Shown: positions 20,349-32,098, numbered from the stretch's first letter. The stretch is DNA of 64,000 bases from Thecamonas trahens ATCC 50062 (GCF_000142905.1 NW_013657670.1:87498-151497), one strand, 5' to 3'. Program-made: numbers and translations. The notes: a model not told the origin generated them from the sequence alone.

Positions 20349-22051
20349 ATGCCCTCCATCCCTCTCACCCTCGCCTTCACCCTCGCCCTCGCCCTCGCCC
20401 TCACTACAGCCTCTGCATCTCCGTCGCTGTTGCTGGTCGTCGGCGACGTGTCGCCAGACTCGGGCGCGCGCATCCTGTACCAGTGCCTCCACCCAGCCGA
20501 GGCATGTCCTGCTACTCTCCGCCCGACGATGACGTGTGCAAAGGGCTGTACTGGTGATGCTGCTGTAGATCTGGGCGATATTGTGCTCACGCCACGTGTG
20601 GATGCCCCTCAGATCTGGGTCGTCCCGCCGTCTGCGCTCAGCCCAGGCGCAGCGTACTCGGTTGAGCTGGGGACCGCTGACAACGTTGTTCACTTTGTCG
20701 TTCCGCTGCCAAAGCACAACATTGAGCTGCCGATGCCGGACAACGGCGACGACGAGAAGGATGGCGAGTCAGACTCCCTCATCGTGCTCGCTCTTTCGTG
20801 TGATCGCTGGCTGGAGGACGGCGACGACGTCACTGTGGCAGAGTTGGCTGGTGTCGCGAGTGAGAACCCGACGACTCTCCTGGCCACCATCCACATGGGC
20901 GATCAGATCTACGCCGACAGTCTAGTCTCGGAAGCACGCGTCATGCTTGCTACCGGGCGCGAGCTCCCAGGGGTGAACCACTGGCGGGCCCGCTTCGCCA
21001 AGCTCTACCTCGAGGCCTGGAGCCGGCCGACCATGGCTGCGCTGCTCCGTACAGGCATTCACTGGATGCTGCCGGACGACCACGACATTGTCAACAATCT
21101 TGATCCGACAACATGGGACGCTCGCCTTGCGCCGCTTGTCCGCGGCGGCATCGAGGCGTACCTCGAGTACCAGGCACAGCTGCTGGTGGATGTGCCATGG
21201 CTCGCCACCCGATCACCGGCGCCGCGACCCGGAATCGCTCCGCTGCACGGAGATGCCACCATGCCCAACTATCTCGGCGGCGTCCCCCGCTGGCAATGCG
21301 CGCGATCGGAGCCACAACCTTTGTCCTCGCCGACCTCCGTCTCGCCCGCTTCCTCCATGCCACCTCGCGCCACGAGCTCTTTACGGCCGACCAGTTTGAC
21401 GCGCTACGGGCATTTGCCCGTGGGAGGTATGGGCTAACCGGCAACGGTTATGCCGTGCTTGTCACGCCGATCCCGGTTCTCTTCACCGAGCACGCCGCCG
21501 CACGCATCGCCGACTGGTACGAGGCGGAGCGGTACTCGATGCACGGCGATTTTCGGAACCAGACGTACGCGGTTCTTGCGGCCTTGTTTGGCTCGCGGCC
21601 AGCGCCGGCGATTGACCTGTTGCTCGCTGGCGACGTGCACCTGCTTGCGCAGGGTCAGATTTGTGCACAGGCCAATGACGCATGCGTGGCACAGACCATC
21701 ACGTCGGGCGTAACCCGCGGGTCAACGACCGCAGCCTCCGTTCCGCTCCTCATCTACGAGTGGGTCGCCATCTACATCCTACCGTACTGGCCAGCGACCC
21801 AGCTTGTCCGCCCGTTTGCCTTCAACCCGCACACAGTCTTTATCGGCAAATCGTACGCGTGGGCCATGCTCGACGCCGACTCGGGCAAGCTGCTCGCGGT
21901 CCAGGCCTCGCAGCAGTGGGGCGAGCTGCCGTGGCTCCAGCGAGCCATCGCCATTCTCTTCCCGGTTGCTGGCAAGTTCTGGATCGCCGGCGTACTCTCC
22001 GTCGTCTCGTCGTACCTCATCATCGACTACTTCTTCCCGGAAACGAGTTAG
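20349..22051 (+). CDS. PhoD-like (alkaline phosphatase D) metallophosphatase with signal peptide and C-terminal TM; -1 frameshift near 21285
   Basis: First frame: LSCD, HMGDQIYAD, PDDHDIVNN. Second frame: FVLADLR, LLAGDVH, QTITSG. Hydrophobic N- and C-termini. Confidence 0.8.
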
Positions 22052-23205
22052 TGGCGGCGGAGCTCGCGCGACTTTTCGCCGAGGCTCTTGACCAAGCCGA
22101 CGCGCGCACGCGCCGGCGAGTAAAACGCCTGCGGAATGCGCTTGACCTGAGTGGCGTACTCGGCCTTCAGTGCCGCTTTTTCAGCCTTTTCGGCCTCGAG
22201 CTCGGCCTGCAGCTCGCGGATGGCAGCAAGCGAGTCCTGCAGCGCCTGGTCGATGTCGACTCGCTTCGTGTCGGCCGACTCGATGACAGCGTGCGCGGTC
22301 TTGAGCTCACGCTCAAGCGTGGCGTTGTGGATCTTGAGGTTCTTCACCTCACCAGTGAGGTTGCGCGCCTCCTCACGTGACGCCGCGAGCTTGCTCCACA
22401 GATGCTCCTGCTCGACCTGCAGCGCCACATACTCCTTCTTTGCTCGCTTAGAGAGCATGTCAGCCGTCCCGAGGTCGCGCACAAGCTCGTCGCGCTCGCG
22501 CTCGAGCGCCTCAATCTGCTCCTGCAGCCGCATTAGCGTTGCCCGCCGCGACACGCTCTTGTGCTGCTCTTTGACCAGCTCGCTGCGGACCTCGGCCTCG
22601 GCAGCCCGCATCGCCGCCTTCTCCTGCCCCGCCCGCTCCTTGGTCTCGCTCAGCTCGGTCTCCAGTCTGTTGATCGACGCTGCCTGCTCGCGGAGCGCCA
22701 CCCGATCAGCCAACCATTGAGCACAGATGGCGCACGGGGCACCGTCGCGATTAGCCAGTCGTGCCGCCTGCTCCTCCGACTCTGGCGGAACGTGCTTGCC
22801 CTTGAACTTTTTCCCGCGCTTGATGATGAGCGGACAAGGCTTGGGCTTTTTCTTCCTCCGCCCGCGCTTCTTCTTTCTCCCTGTCGACCTCCTCTTGCCC
22901 GTCGATGACCTTGTTCGCCCCGTCATCGCTGTTGCCGGCCGGCTCGCCGTCCGGCTCCGCGACCTGACCGGGCCGGTACGTCCATTCCGACTTGATCTCC
23001 CTCCGCTCGACGTCCTCCCCAACGGCGAGGGGCCAGGACTTGTCATGCCTCTCCCCCCTGCTCTTCCTCCGCCAGTCACTCCTCGTTCAACACCTCCTTC
23101 ACCACTGCCTGCGGGCCTTGGTGCCGCACTGCCTGGCCGGCCACTCTGCCGACCCACTCCTCCGCCCAACGCCACCTTTGCAGGCGCTGTCGTCGGTCGC
23201 TGCAT
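22048..23205 (-). CDS. Hypothetical protein with basic N-terminus, a CxxC and a C-terminal coiled coil
   Basis: Long open frame; K/R-rich stretch (possible NLS), CAIC, then E/A/R-rich heptads. Start uncertain. Confidence 0.6.
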   Translation of the reverse strand: MQRPTTAPAKVALGGGVGRQSGRPGSAAPRPAGSGEGGVERGVTGGGRAGGRGMTSPGPSPLGRTSSGGRSSRNGRTGPVRSRSRTASRPATAMTGRTRSSTGKRRSTGRKKKRGRRKKKPKPCPLIIKRGKKFKGKHVPPESEEQAARLANRDGAPCAICAQWLADRVALREQAASINRLETELSETKERAGQEKAAMRAAEAEVRSELVKEQHKSVSRRATLMRLQEQIEALERERDELVRDLGTADMLSKRAKKEYVALQVEQEHLWSKLAASREEARNLTGEVKNLKIHNATLERELKTAHAVIESADTKRVDIDQALQDSLAAIRELQAELEAEKAEKAALKAEYATQVKRIPQAFYSPARARVGLVKSLGEKSRELRRH

Positions 23206-23650
23206 CTCCACCACACACCACTCGAAGTTGTATGTCTATGTCTGTGTGTGGGGGTGGGGGTGAGGGTGAGGGTGGGGGGAGAGGGAGAGAGAGGCTGTGT
23301 GGCCGTAGCCATGACACGCTCACTGCCGGTGGTGCGGAAGTCGCTCCGGCGTGGGTTGGTCGACCACTCTCCGATCAGTAGCCGAAGGGGGGGGGGGCGG
23401 GAAAATTAGAGTTGGAGACACCAGATGCCGATATTCATACGGAGGCGAGTCGGAGGGGGGGGGGGGGGGAGTGCTGCCGATGTGAACACAGAGGCCCTCT
23501 GCTGGGCCGCCGTGTAAATGGCAGAAAAGGCCGAGGTCGAGGCGCCGACTACGGCGTCGACGATCCAGCATGCTCTGGTCTGTGACAGGGCGATGCTGGG
23601 TAGTACGCACTTCTGGAGCTGCAGCATCAGCGCAAACGATGTGCTGCGGC

Positions 23651-24310
23651 TCAGACATGAGCATCGAGGTCGGTGTCGTCGAGGATGCCGCGGGCGAGGC
23701 GCTCGGCCTTTCGCGACGCACGGGTGGCTGCGGCCAGCTGGCGGACGTGGCTCTGCTTCTCGCGGAGAGTCGGCTCATCGACGGTAGTAAAGGCAGCGTC
23801 AGCCGAGGCGAGCTTCTCTCCGTCGACCTTGCCCATGAGCATGATGGTGTCGCCGCGGACAACAAAGGTGCCGACGTCGATGGTGGCCATATCCGGCCCG
23901 ACCACCACTCGCTCGACCGTCTCCTCCAGCACCAGGTTGGAGAACTGATCGTACGAACGGAGATAGCCTTCAAGCGTCTTTCCGTCGCGGAGAACGACCA
24001 GCATGCGCTCTGTCCGCCAGCCAACACCGTCATCAGCACAGCCACCGGCACCACCAGGACCGCCACCGCCCACCACCAGTAGCACCACCACCACCAGCAC
24101 AATCACCGCAGACATCACACCAGCCACCCATGCCGCGTCCATTTCCTTCCATGAGTCCGACTACCTTCCTTGCCCCCCGCCTCCCCCCTTCCCTCTCTCC
24201 CCCCCTCCCCCCCCCCCTCCCCTCCCTCCTTCCCTGCTCGCACACATACGGTCAAGCTCGTCCCGAAGCGAGGCTGCTCCCGGGATAAACTGGTCTTCTG
24301 TCGACTGCAT
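23651..24310 (-). CDS. LSM1: Sm-like protein LSM1; exons 24310-24250 and 24009-23651
   Basis: Spliced product MQSTEDQFIPGAASLRDELDQRMLVVLRDGKTLEGYLRSYDQFSNLVL...VRGDTIMLMG has the Sm1/Sm2 motifs and the Lsm1-type N-terminus. Donor GTATGT, acceptor ACAG. Confidence 0.9.
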
Positions 24311-24473
24311 GCTGCCTGTGGTGCAAAGGTCGAGACGGGTACTTCTCGCTCTCGCCCTCGGCCACACCCACTCTCCTGCCCTGACACCCCCCCCCCCCCC
24401 CCCTCGGCCGGGGTGCAACAACCAAAATTTCGCTACTTTACCTGCGCACAAGCAACGCTCTCTCGCGAAACTG

Positions 24474-25894
24474 TTACGAGCAGTCGGAGAAGCCAAGAAG
24501 ATCCGGGGAACCGTTGAGGTCGTGGAGCTTGCCCGAGGTGGCGATGGAGATGGCGGCGTCCTGGACCTGCGCACCGGGGTAGGAGGTAAAGGTCGAGGCG
24601 ATCTTGGCCATGATGCCGGCCATACCAGGTGAGGCCATCGAGGTGCCCGAGATGGTGTTGGTCGCATACTTGCCGATCCAGGCAGCGGAGATATCCGAGC
24701 CAGGGGCAAGGATGTCGACGCAGCGGCCATAGTTGGAAAAGAACGAGCGGTCATCGCGCGAGTCGGTCGAGCCGACCGAGAGCACATCCGACGCTGACGC
24801 CGGCGAGTAGCTGCAGGCGTCGCGGTTGTCGTTGCCAGCGGCGACGGCAACGGCAAGGCCGGCCTTCACCAGCGCATCAACCGCGCGGTTCGTCGCCGAC
24901 GAGTACCCGCCGCCAAGCGAAAGGTTGGCCACCCACGCCGGAAGCTTGGGGTTCGCCTTCTTCTTGGTTTCAAAGTCAGTCGCGCACCAGTCGATGCCGG
25001 CAATGACGCCCGAGTTGGAGCCAGAGCCGTCGGCACCAAGCACCTGCACGCCGACTGCTGTTGCGCCCTTAGCAAGACCCCACGTCTTGCCGATGGCGAT
25101 CGACGCCACGTGCGTCCCGTGTCCGTTGCCGTCGACCGACGACGTGGAGCCGGGCACAAAGGTCGGGCCGAGCTCGGCGCGACCCTCAAAGTCAACGTTG
25201 TCGACGTAGATCCCGGTGTCGATGACGTACACGTTCACGCCCTCGCCGATCCCGGTGTGGTAGACATACAGCCCGTTGAGGTCCAGGTTGCGCTGGTTCG
25301 TCCGCGCCAGGTTCCACGTCGCCTCGATCTGCCGCTCGCAGCTCTGCTGCATGTGCATGGTCTGGTCAGCCTCGACAAACTCGACCGCATCGTCTGCAGC
25401 CACCATCATGATCTGATCCTCGTTAAACTTGGCAGCGTACCCACGGAACGCCCCGCCAGCCATGTTATACTCGTGCATGACCTCGCCCATGGCCGCATGC
25501 ACCGACATGTGCCGCGCCACCTGCTCGTCAGAAGCATTGGCATGGAAAACCACAATGTGCTGCCCAGGAATCTTCTCAGACGCCGGCGACGGCATCACCA
25601 TCCCACCCTTAGTGTAAAGCGCTCCGTGCGCTACATGACCATGTCACCCAAGCCATCGCATCACCCCCCGCCCCGCTCTCTGCCATGAGTCCTTCCACGG
25701 TGCGGCACCACACCTTGCCTTTCAAGCCGTGTCACGTGACGCGCCCGCATACCCTTTTTCCGCCCTCTTCCCCCTCTCTCTCAAACCCCCTCCACACACA
25801 CACACACACACACACATGCCCCACAAACTACCAAGCACCACAACATACCCGTGGCAGCAACCAGCAACGCGAGGAGAGCAACACGGACAAGCAT
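24474..25894 (-). CDS. Secreted/vacuolar subtilisin (S8A, proteinase K-like) with I9 prodomain; exons 25894-25849 and 25630-24474
   Basis: Catalytic triad motifs VIDTG, GHGTHVA and SGTSMASP; prodomain FRGYAAKF..VEFVEADQ. Splicing restores the signal peptide MLVRVALLALLVAATAHG. Confidence 0.93.
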
Positions 25895-26143
25895 GTCTAG
25901 ATGTTTGCGTCAAGTGTGTCTAACGCCCGTCACGTTCTAGTCTCCCGCGCCGCAACACGCACATGTGTCGTGCAATCCCGCTCTCGCCATGGCACTCGCT
26001 CTCTCTCTCGCTCTCTCTCTCTCGCTCTCTCTCGCCACGGCTAATAAGCCTGTGGCTTTCCTCTCACCACCACTCCCTCACAATTCAAGTGACTGTCACG
26101 GCCGGCACAAAGGCCGCTTCCAGCGGAACACGCCTTGTAGTGG

Positions 26144-26753
26144 TTATTGGGCATCGACCTCGGGGAAGAGGTGCATGTGGGTGTAGAAGCCCATGGCAAA
26201 GGCAACGGTGGCGGCAAGGAGCAGGAAGAGCGTCGAGTGGCCCGATGCCTTGCTAGTCTTGGACGACGAGACCGTGGCCACGTTGTCGGCCGTCGCAGTC
26301 TTCGAGTTGAACCGGTTGCGGAGCTCCGAGCCGCCAGACGACCGCACATTCTCCAGCTCGGCCTTTGTCTTCTGCAGCTCAAAGTTGAGTCGGGTGAGCT
26401 GCTCGCGATACTCGTTGCGCTCTTTTTGGAGGGCATTTGCTGTCCCGTCAGACGCTCCGCCCGACCGCGAGACCTTCTTCGACCGCTCCGCAATCGACGA
26501 CGTGATGAACGAGAAGTGCGACTTGAGCTTGAGCTCGCCGACCTTGCTCTTGTTGGCCGAAATGACCTTGGACACATCCGACACGTCCATCCCGGCCTCG
26601 ATCGGCACAGACTGGATGAGGAACTTGTCCACGTTCACCTTGTCGTTGCTCGACTTGTCAGGCTGGAGGGTGACCTCCACGGAGACCGTCGAGCCCTGGG
26701 CGATGGTGCCCGAGTTGGGCCGCACACAGTACCGCTATCCTCGCACCCACACA

Positions 26754-26791
<38 letters not shown>

Positions 26792-27311
26792 GCACGTCAT
26801 CATTGTATCCACAGCATTTGCACCCTCTTTGTGTGAGTCGTATCGTATCCGCCACCCGTCGCCTCTGGCCAGCGGCCAATTTTTTTCCCTCCCCTTTGGC
26901 CGCCGACGCTCTCGCCACCGGTCGCTGCTGTCGCCACGGGTGCTTCTCCGCCGCTGCAACCGAGCCTAACCCTGCACACCTCGGCTATGTGTGGCGCTAG
27001 CCTCGTCGCGCTGCGTCCAAGCCCTGCCTTGCCGCCCACCTAGGCTCGGAAGCCGACGCTTGTGGCCCCCCCGCCCCGGCCACTCTCGAGCTGGTCGAAG
27101 GATGACTCGAGGAATGGATAGTCGAGGGAGGCGATGGCCAAGCTGCCACAACGGGTGTACGTACCTTGGGTGCTGTTGTCTTGATCTTGAACACCACATC
27201 CTCGCTGTGAATGTTCTTCAGAGTCAGTGTCTGCGTCGACGGCCGAGTCGACGTGACCTCGAACCGCAGCTCACGAGGGGAGACGTTCAGGTGCTTGGCC
27301 TTGGACGACAT
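26144..27311 (-). CDS. VAP: VAMP-associated protein (MSP domain, coiled coil, C-terminal TM); exons 27311-27165 and 26734-26144
   Basis: The VAP consensus FKIKTTAPK|RYCVRPNSG is reconstituted across a GTACGT...TAG intron; DKFLIQS; C-terminal anchor TLFLLLAATVAFAMGFY. Confidence 0.93.
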
Positions 27312-27929
27312 GACGTCGAGAGCAGGAGAGGTACAAGACGGGTGTGCCGTCGAGAACGACAGCGACAACAAACGGAGGCCAAACGGCGCCCAACACTCAA
27401 ACTGGAATGGTCCTCAAACGGCAAAAACACACCGTTTCGGCCCATTTCAACTGCGCCTCACAACCAATCACCCGTTCGGCGAGTCGCGCCTCCCTTGGTT
27501 GCTCAACTGCCGTTCGGGAGCCGCTCAGCTCAACAACGATCAATGCCCCCCCCCCCCCCCTGACGATCCTGACGGCCATCTCATTTATGGCGCCCGACAC
27601 CATCGCCAAGCACATTCTGCACATCAATAAGACTGCCTCAAGGGACAGCAAGAATTCAACCCAGCCGATCCTACGTAGCCACTCAAAATAAAGAATAAAC
27701 CCACATCCACACCTCACAACAGCGCACAAACTACCTGGAAAACGATGGAGTGACCGCAATCAACACCCCAAGTTAACCCCAAGTCGCGATAGGGCGTCGG
27801 CGCGCTCATTCTTCGTCACGTTGACTTCACCATCGCATACTAGCCGATCTCCCCTCGCTTCCGTGACGGGCTTGATTGCAACACTATTAGACAGAGAACC
27901 AAAGAAAATTGAGAACAAAAAGAGACTAA

Positions 27930-28029
27930 NNNNNNNNNNNNNNNNNNNNNNNNNNNNNNNNNNNNNNNNNNNNNNNNNNNNNNNNNNNNNNNNNNNNNNN
28001 NNNNNNNNNNNNNNNNNNNNNNNNNNNNN
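27930..28029. other. Assembly gap (other gaps: 33635-33935, 37497-37596, 53828-54225)
   Basis: Runs of N, mostly flanked by poly-C/G or CA tracts. Confidence 1.
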
Positions 28030-28106
28030 CCCTCCCCCGAATACTCCCGCTGGCCTTTTCTCCCTCTCTCACCACAGTTGCCATTGGCCACCCGTCTACG
28101 AGGACC

Positions 28107-29294
28107 ATGCGGCTGTCGGTGGCCTCCAAGGCAACAACTGGCTCTGCACCAGCCTCTCCTTCACCAAGGTCATCTCCGCGTGCTTCTCCACGGCCCACGT
28201 CGTCTTCGCCTCTGCCCGCCGCCTCCTTGTCTTTGGCGACCAACACGGCTGTGCTCTCCACGCCCGTGGCCAAACGCTCGCTGCTCACCGTGCCCACCCC
28301 AGCGCTCTCTCCGCTCGACTCGCTCGTCGCTGCTGCTGCCTCTGCTGCGGCATCGGTCCGCCCTGCCGTCCCCTCGCGCAAGACCTCACCGGCTGCCACC
28401 CGCAAGCGGAAGCGGGCCGTGAGCAAGACGGGCGCCAAGGCCAAGACAAGGACAAAGACAAAGACAAAGACAAAGGCCAAGGCCGCGTCAAAGGCAAAGA
28501 CAAAGTCGGCTGCGACCGCAAAGTCGACTGCGACTGCAAAGTCGCTGGCAGAGGCCAAGTCGGCTCGCAAGCGAAAGCGCGTTTCTGACAAGGCGGCCGA
28601 TGATGCCGCGGCGGCCGGAAAGACCAAGAAGCCGCGGCTGTACGGCCTCGTCAAGCGTGTCGAGGGCAACCGGTATCGTACGCCCGACGGTATCACCTTT
28701 GAGCGCTCGTACCAGGCCTATCGCCATCTGAGCAAGCTCAAGAAGGAGAACCCGGAGATTCTCGGCTCGCCGCAGCCGGCTCTTCCCGCCAACACCGTCA
28801 CCGTCCCGCTCCACACCCGCTACGGCGGCCAAGACTCGCCGGTCGTTCTTCTTGCCGACTTTGCTTCGGTGCCCGACAACTGCGTCCGTCTCCTCGGCGC
28901 TTCGATCGCCACCTCGCCCAACGCTGATGGCCGTTCGCTCTACGCCTGGATCAAGGCCTGGAAGGCCGACGCCGGCGTCGCCCTCAACCCCGACGCTGAC
29001 GCCGGGTCGCAAAGCCCACGCACACTCTCGCGCGCCTCAACCGATGTGGCGTCCGAGTCCAAGCCTGCCTCCGACTACGACCCCGACGCCCTCCTTGCCC
29101 CGACTACCCTCGCCCTCAAGCACACTCCCCAGAGCATACGCGATGCCGCTGCGCCGCTCACCGGCGCCCCAGTCCTTCTTGCCTCGCATCTCGCTGTCTG
29201 GCGCGCCACGCGGACTAGCTGGAGGTCCCGGGCCGCCAACTCGATCGCCGCCGGCGAGCTCGCCTTTGCCGCCCGCGACTCGAACCATTCGTAG
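28107..29294 (+). CDS. Lys/Ala-rich probable nuclear protein with a possible LIN37-like C-terminus (5' end may extend into the gap)
   Basis: KTKTKTKAK tract and RKRKR NLS motifs. VRLLG...SLYAWIKAWK...LLASHLAVWRATRTSWR resembles the two conserved LIN37 blocks. Confidence 0.55.
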   Translation: MRLSVASKATTGSAPASPSPRSSPRASPRPTSSSPLPAASLSLATNTAVLSTPVAKRSLLTVPTPALSPLDSLVAAAASAAASVRPAVPSRKTSPAATRKRKRAVSKTGAKAKTRTKTKTKTKAKAASKAKTKSAATAKSTATAKSLAEAKSARKRKRVSDKAADDAAAAGKTKKPRLYGLVKRVEGNRYRTPDGITFERSYQAYRHLSKLKKENPEILGSPQPALPANTVTVPLHTRYGGQDSPVVLLADFASVPDNCVRLLGASIATSPNADGRSLYAWIKAWKADAGVALNPDADAGSQSPRTLSRASTDVASESKPASDYDPDALLAPTTLALKHTPQSIRDAAAPLTGAPVLLASHLAVWRATRTSWRSRAANSIAAGELAFAARDSNHS

Positions 29295-29531
29295 CAGCCG
29301 CGCCGCAACCGCGCTGCAACCGAGCATCTGGCCAAGGCGGTACTGTAGACGTTGATCCGTTGTTACGCTGTTGTAAACGATGCGAACACGTCGAGTGCGC
29401 CAGTCTGTGCGCAAGTCACCAAGCCAAGGCCAACTGTCTCGGAGACGGTCACGGCCCCGCGCGCGCATCGGTTCGCGCCAAACCCACCACATCCTCTCCC
29501 GCCCTCTCCGCCACTCCACTCGACTTCCCCA

Positions 29532-29566
<35 letters not shown>

Positions 29567-29584
29567 TACATACGCACACGCATC

Positions 29585-32098
29585 ATGGGTGCGCAAATAG
29601 CCGACGCTCAGCTAGGTGCGCTAGTGGCCACCATGGCACCGCTCTCCCTCTCAGGACTCAACCCGTTCCTCCACCCGTCTGCAGCGCCTCCCTTTGCGGC
29701 TGCCCTCGCTGGCGTCTCGGCCGACCTTCCGCCCATCGAGGCCGTGTCGGGTGGTGCATCATCTCGTCTCTCGCCACATCTGGTGCCGGCAGCAGAGGCA
29801 CTCGCGCCGCTTGTTCGGGACTCGCTCCTCACTCCGCATCCGTCCGCAGTTCATCTCCGCGCATCGGCGGTTCAGCTACTGGCCTGGATCGCAGCCGCAG
29901 GCGCGCGCCCGCGTGCTGTGGCGGCTGCCGGCCTCAACACTCCACTTTATCTCACCCTGCTGAGTATGGTGGGCGCCGCAGATGAGCCGCTGCCGGACGC
30001 AGAGTTAGCCCTGGTCGCTGCCCTGCTTGATGCGCCATTGGACGCTGCTGAGCGCGATGCGCTAGCCGCGGTGGCGGCTGCCGACGCAGGTGCACTCGCC
30101 GCCCGCATCCTACTCTCTGTCGAGAGCGGCAACGCGACTGAAAGCATTACCACGGCGACTGCGCTTATTGCTGCGGCTGGGCTCTCCAACTGCGGCGGAG
30201 TGCTGGGTGATGCCATCGGCTCGTTGAATCTACCGCAGGTCACCCTCGCCAGCGCACTGGCGCATCCGTCGCCGCGGGTTGCCGCGTCGGCGCTCTATCT
30301 TGTCCTCTCCCATTGCCTCGAGAGCCCGCTGGGGGCCTCGTTACTGGCCTCGCCCGAGGATCTGGCGGCTGCGCTTGCGCTTGCGCTCGAGCTCGCAAGC
30401 CGCGCCCATCTGGTTGTGCCTGGTGTGACATCGCTGGTGGCCAAGGCGCCTGACATTGTTGCCGCCGCGGTTGACTCGCACGACTTTCGCGCCCGTCTCT
30501 GTGCTCTCGTCACTGACCTCGTCAATGTCCCCAGCAGTGCCGCACTGCTTGTTGTCCTTGCTGGGCCGGCTGAAGCGGCGGTGGTCCAGGTTCTTGGTGA
30601 GGTCGACACATCGGCGGCTCTCGAGCGGGCGCTGGCTGCGGCGACCACACCGGTCGACGCGTTGCCGCTGCTGGACTTGTGCGCGCTTGCGCTCGGCTCG
30701 CACTGTGCGACCGGGACCAAGATCCTCGGTTCAGTCCTCAGCATGCCGGCCAGGCTTCGTGCATCGCACGACGCGGTGTGCCGATCAGTCTCTGCGCTCG
30801 CGCTCGCTGCGCTCCGTGATCCGATTCTAGCCACGCTTGTCGAGCCCCCAGTCGCCGACCTAGTCACGGCGGTTGAGGCTGCGCTCTCAGCCCGAGCCCC
30901 GACCGCTGCCGTGGCCATACTCCAGGTACTCGATGTATTGGCGGGGGACTGTGGAGACGCATCTGCGGCAGCAGCGCTGGCGACGCTGACCTCGACCTCG
31001 TCGACGGAGCTCATTCGCGCACTGCTAGTCACTGCCACCGCGTCGCCGACTGTGGAGCTCGGCGCGTTCGCGCTCTCGCTCAGCGTCTCGCTCCTCACTG
31101 CACCGTCGTCAGCGCAGCTCCAAGCCGCTGGCTTTGCATCGGTGGCGCGCGCGGCGCACACTGCAAACCGGTCGGAAAAGACGGCGCGCCTTGCCGCAAA
31201 GGCCGAAGCCCAGGCTGTCGGACGGGTGCGGATCCAGCTTGATGCGCTCCGTGCTGCCGTCTGCCTCGCAAGCTCCGGTCACGGCACCGGCGTGGTCATC
31301 CCAGACTCGCGAACTGTTGCCGAGTCGAGCGCTGAGCTGCGAGCGATGTACGATGAGCTTGTGGGCGCGCGCGAACACGCGCTCTCGCAGGTTATGGGCA
31401 TTGCCGAGGCCGAGACCAACACGCTGGCATCGGAGCTGGCGGCAACCAAGACTTTCCTCGGTGAGCTTGCCGCCGCCGAGGAGGCCGCGCGCAACGACGC
31501 CACGGCCGCGGCACACCGTGCCGCATCGCTTGAGGCCGAAATCAAAGCCATGACCGAAAACCACGACACGGCGCTGGCCTCGCTCAACGAACTTTCGTTG
31601 CGGATGGACAATGCCGCCGCACTCCGTGCCCACGTCGGCGAGATTACCCGCCAGCTGGCGCAGGCACGGTGTGACGCCGATGAGGCCCGTGCCGCGATCG
31701 AGCACCACAAGGACGCCGCCCGCGACGCGGTTGTCCGCATGGCCAAGACCCGCAAGCTCTACGACGAGCTCACGGTCATGCACGCCGAGCTCTCGGCCTC
31801 GGCCGAAGCCGCCATCACTGCCGCCGAGACCGAGCGTGGCCATCGCACCGATGCCGAGCATCAAGTCACGCTTCTCACTGCCGAGATCGAGGCGCGGACG
31901 AGCCAGCTTGCCAACGTCCGCGGCGAGCTCGCTGCCGCTCGTGACGAGCTCGTTGCCCGTGGCGAAGAGCTCAACGGATGGCGGCACCGCTACGACACGC
32001 TCCGTGCCGATCACGACGTTCTCCGCAGCCTCGTCGACTCGGTCGCAGCACTCACCGCCCCGTCATCGCCCGACGACGAGTCACGTCGCCGCAAATAA
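29585..32098 (+). CDS. Armadillo/HEAT-like N-terminus plus C-terminal coiled coil; tentatively CIP2A-like
   Basis: Long Leu/Ala helical region followed by heptads. PSPRVAASALYLVLSHCLESPLGASLL is reminiscent of the CIP2A ARM region. The ATG follows a (CA)n tract. Confidence 0.5.
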   Translation: MGAQIADAQLGALVATMAPLSLSGLNPFLHPSAAPPFAAALAGVSADLPPIEAVSGGASSRLSPHLVPAAEALAPLVRDSLLTPHPSAVHLRASAVQLLAWIAAAGARPRAVAAAGLNTPLYLTLLSMVGAADEPLPDAELALVAALLDAPLDAAERDALAAVAAADAGALAARILLSVESGNATESITTATALIAAAGLSNCGGVLGDAIGSLNLPQVTLASALAHPSPRVAASALYLVLSHCLESPLGASLLASPEDLAAALALALELASRAHLVVPGVTSLVAKAPDIVAAAVDSHDFRARLCALVTDLVNVPSSAALLVVLAGPAEAAVVQVLGEVDTSAALERALAAATTPVDALPLLDLCALALGSHCATGTKILGSVLSMPARLRASHDAVCRSVSALALAALRDPILATLVEPPVADLVTAVEAALSARAPTAAVAILQVLDVLAGDCGDASAAAALATLTSTSSTELIRALLVTATASPTVELGAFALSLSVSLLTAPSSAQLQAAGFASVARAAHTANRSEKTARLAAKAEAQAVGRVRIQLDALRAAVCLASSGHGTGVVIPDSRTVAESSAELRAMYDELVGAREHALSQVMGIAEAETNTLASELAATKTFLGELAAAEEAARNDATAAAHRAASLEAEIKAMTENHDTALASLNELSLRMDNAAALRAHVGEITRQLAQARCDADEARAAIEHHKDAARDAVVRMAKTRKLYDELTVMHAELSASAEAAITAAETERGHRTDAEHQVTLLTAEIEARTSQLANVRGELAAARDELVARGEELNGWRHRYDTLRADHDVLRSLVDSVAALTAPSSPDDESRRRK

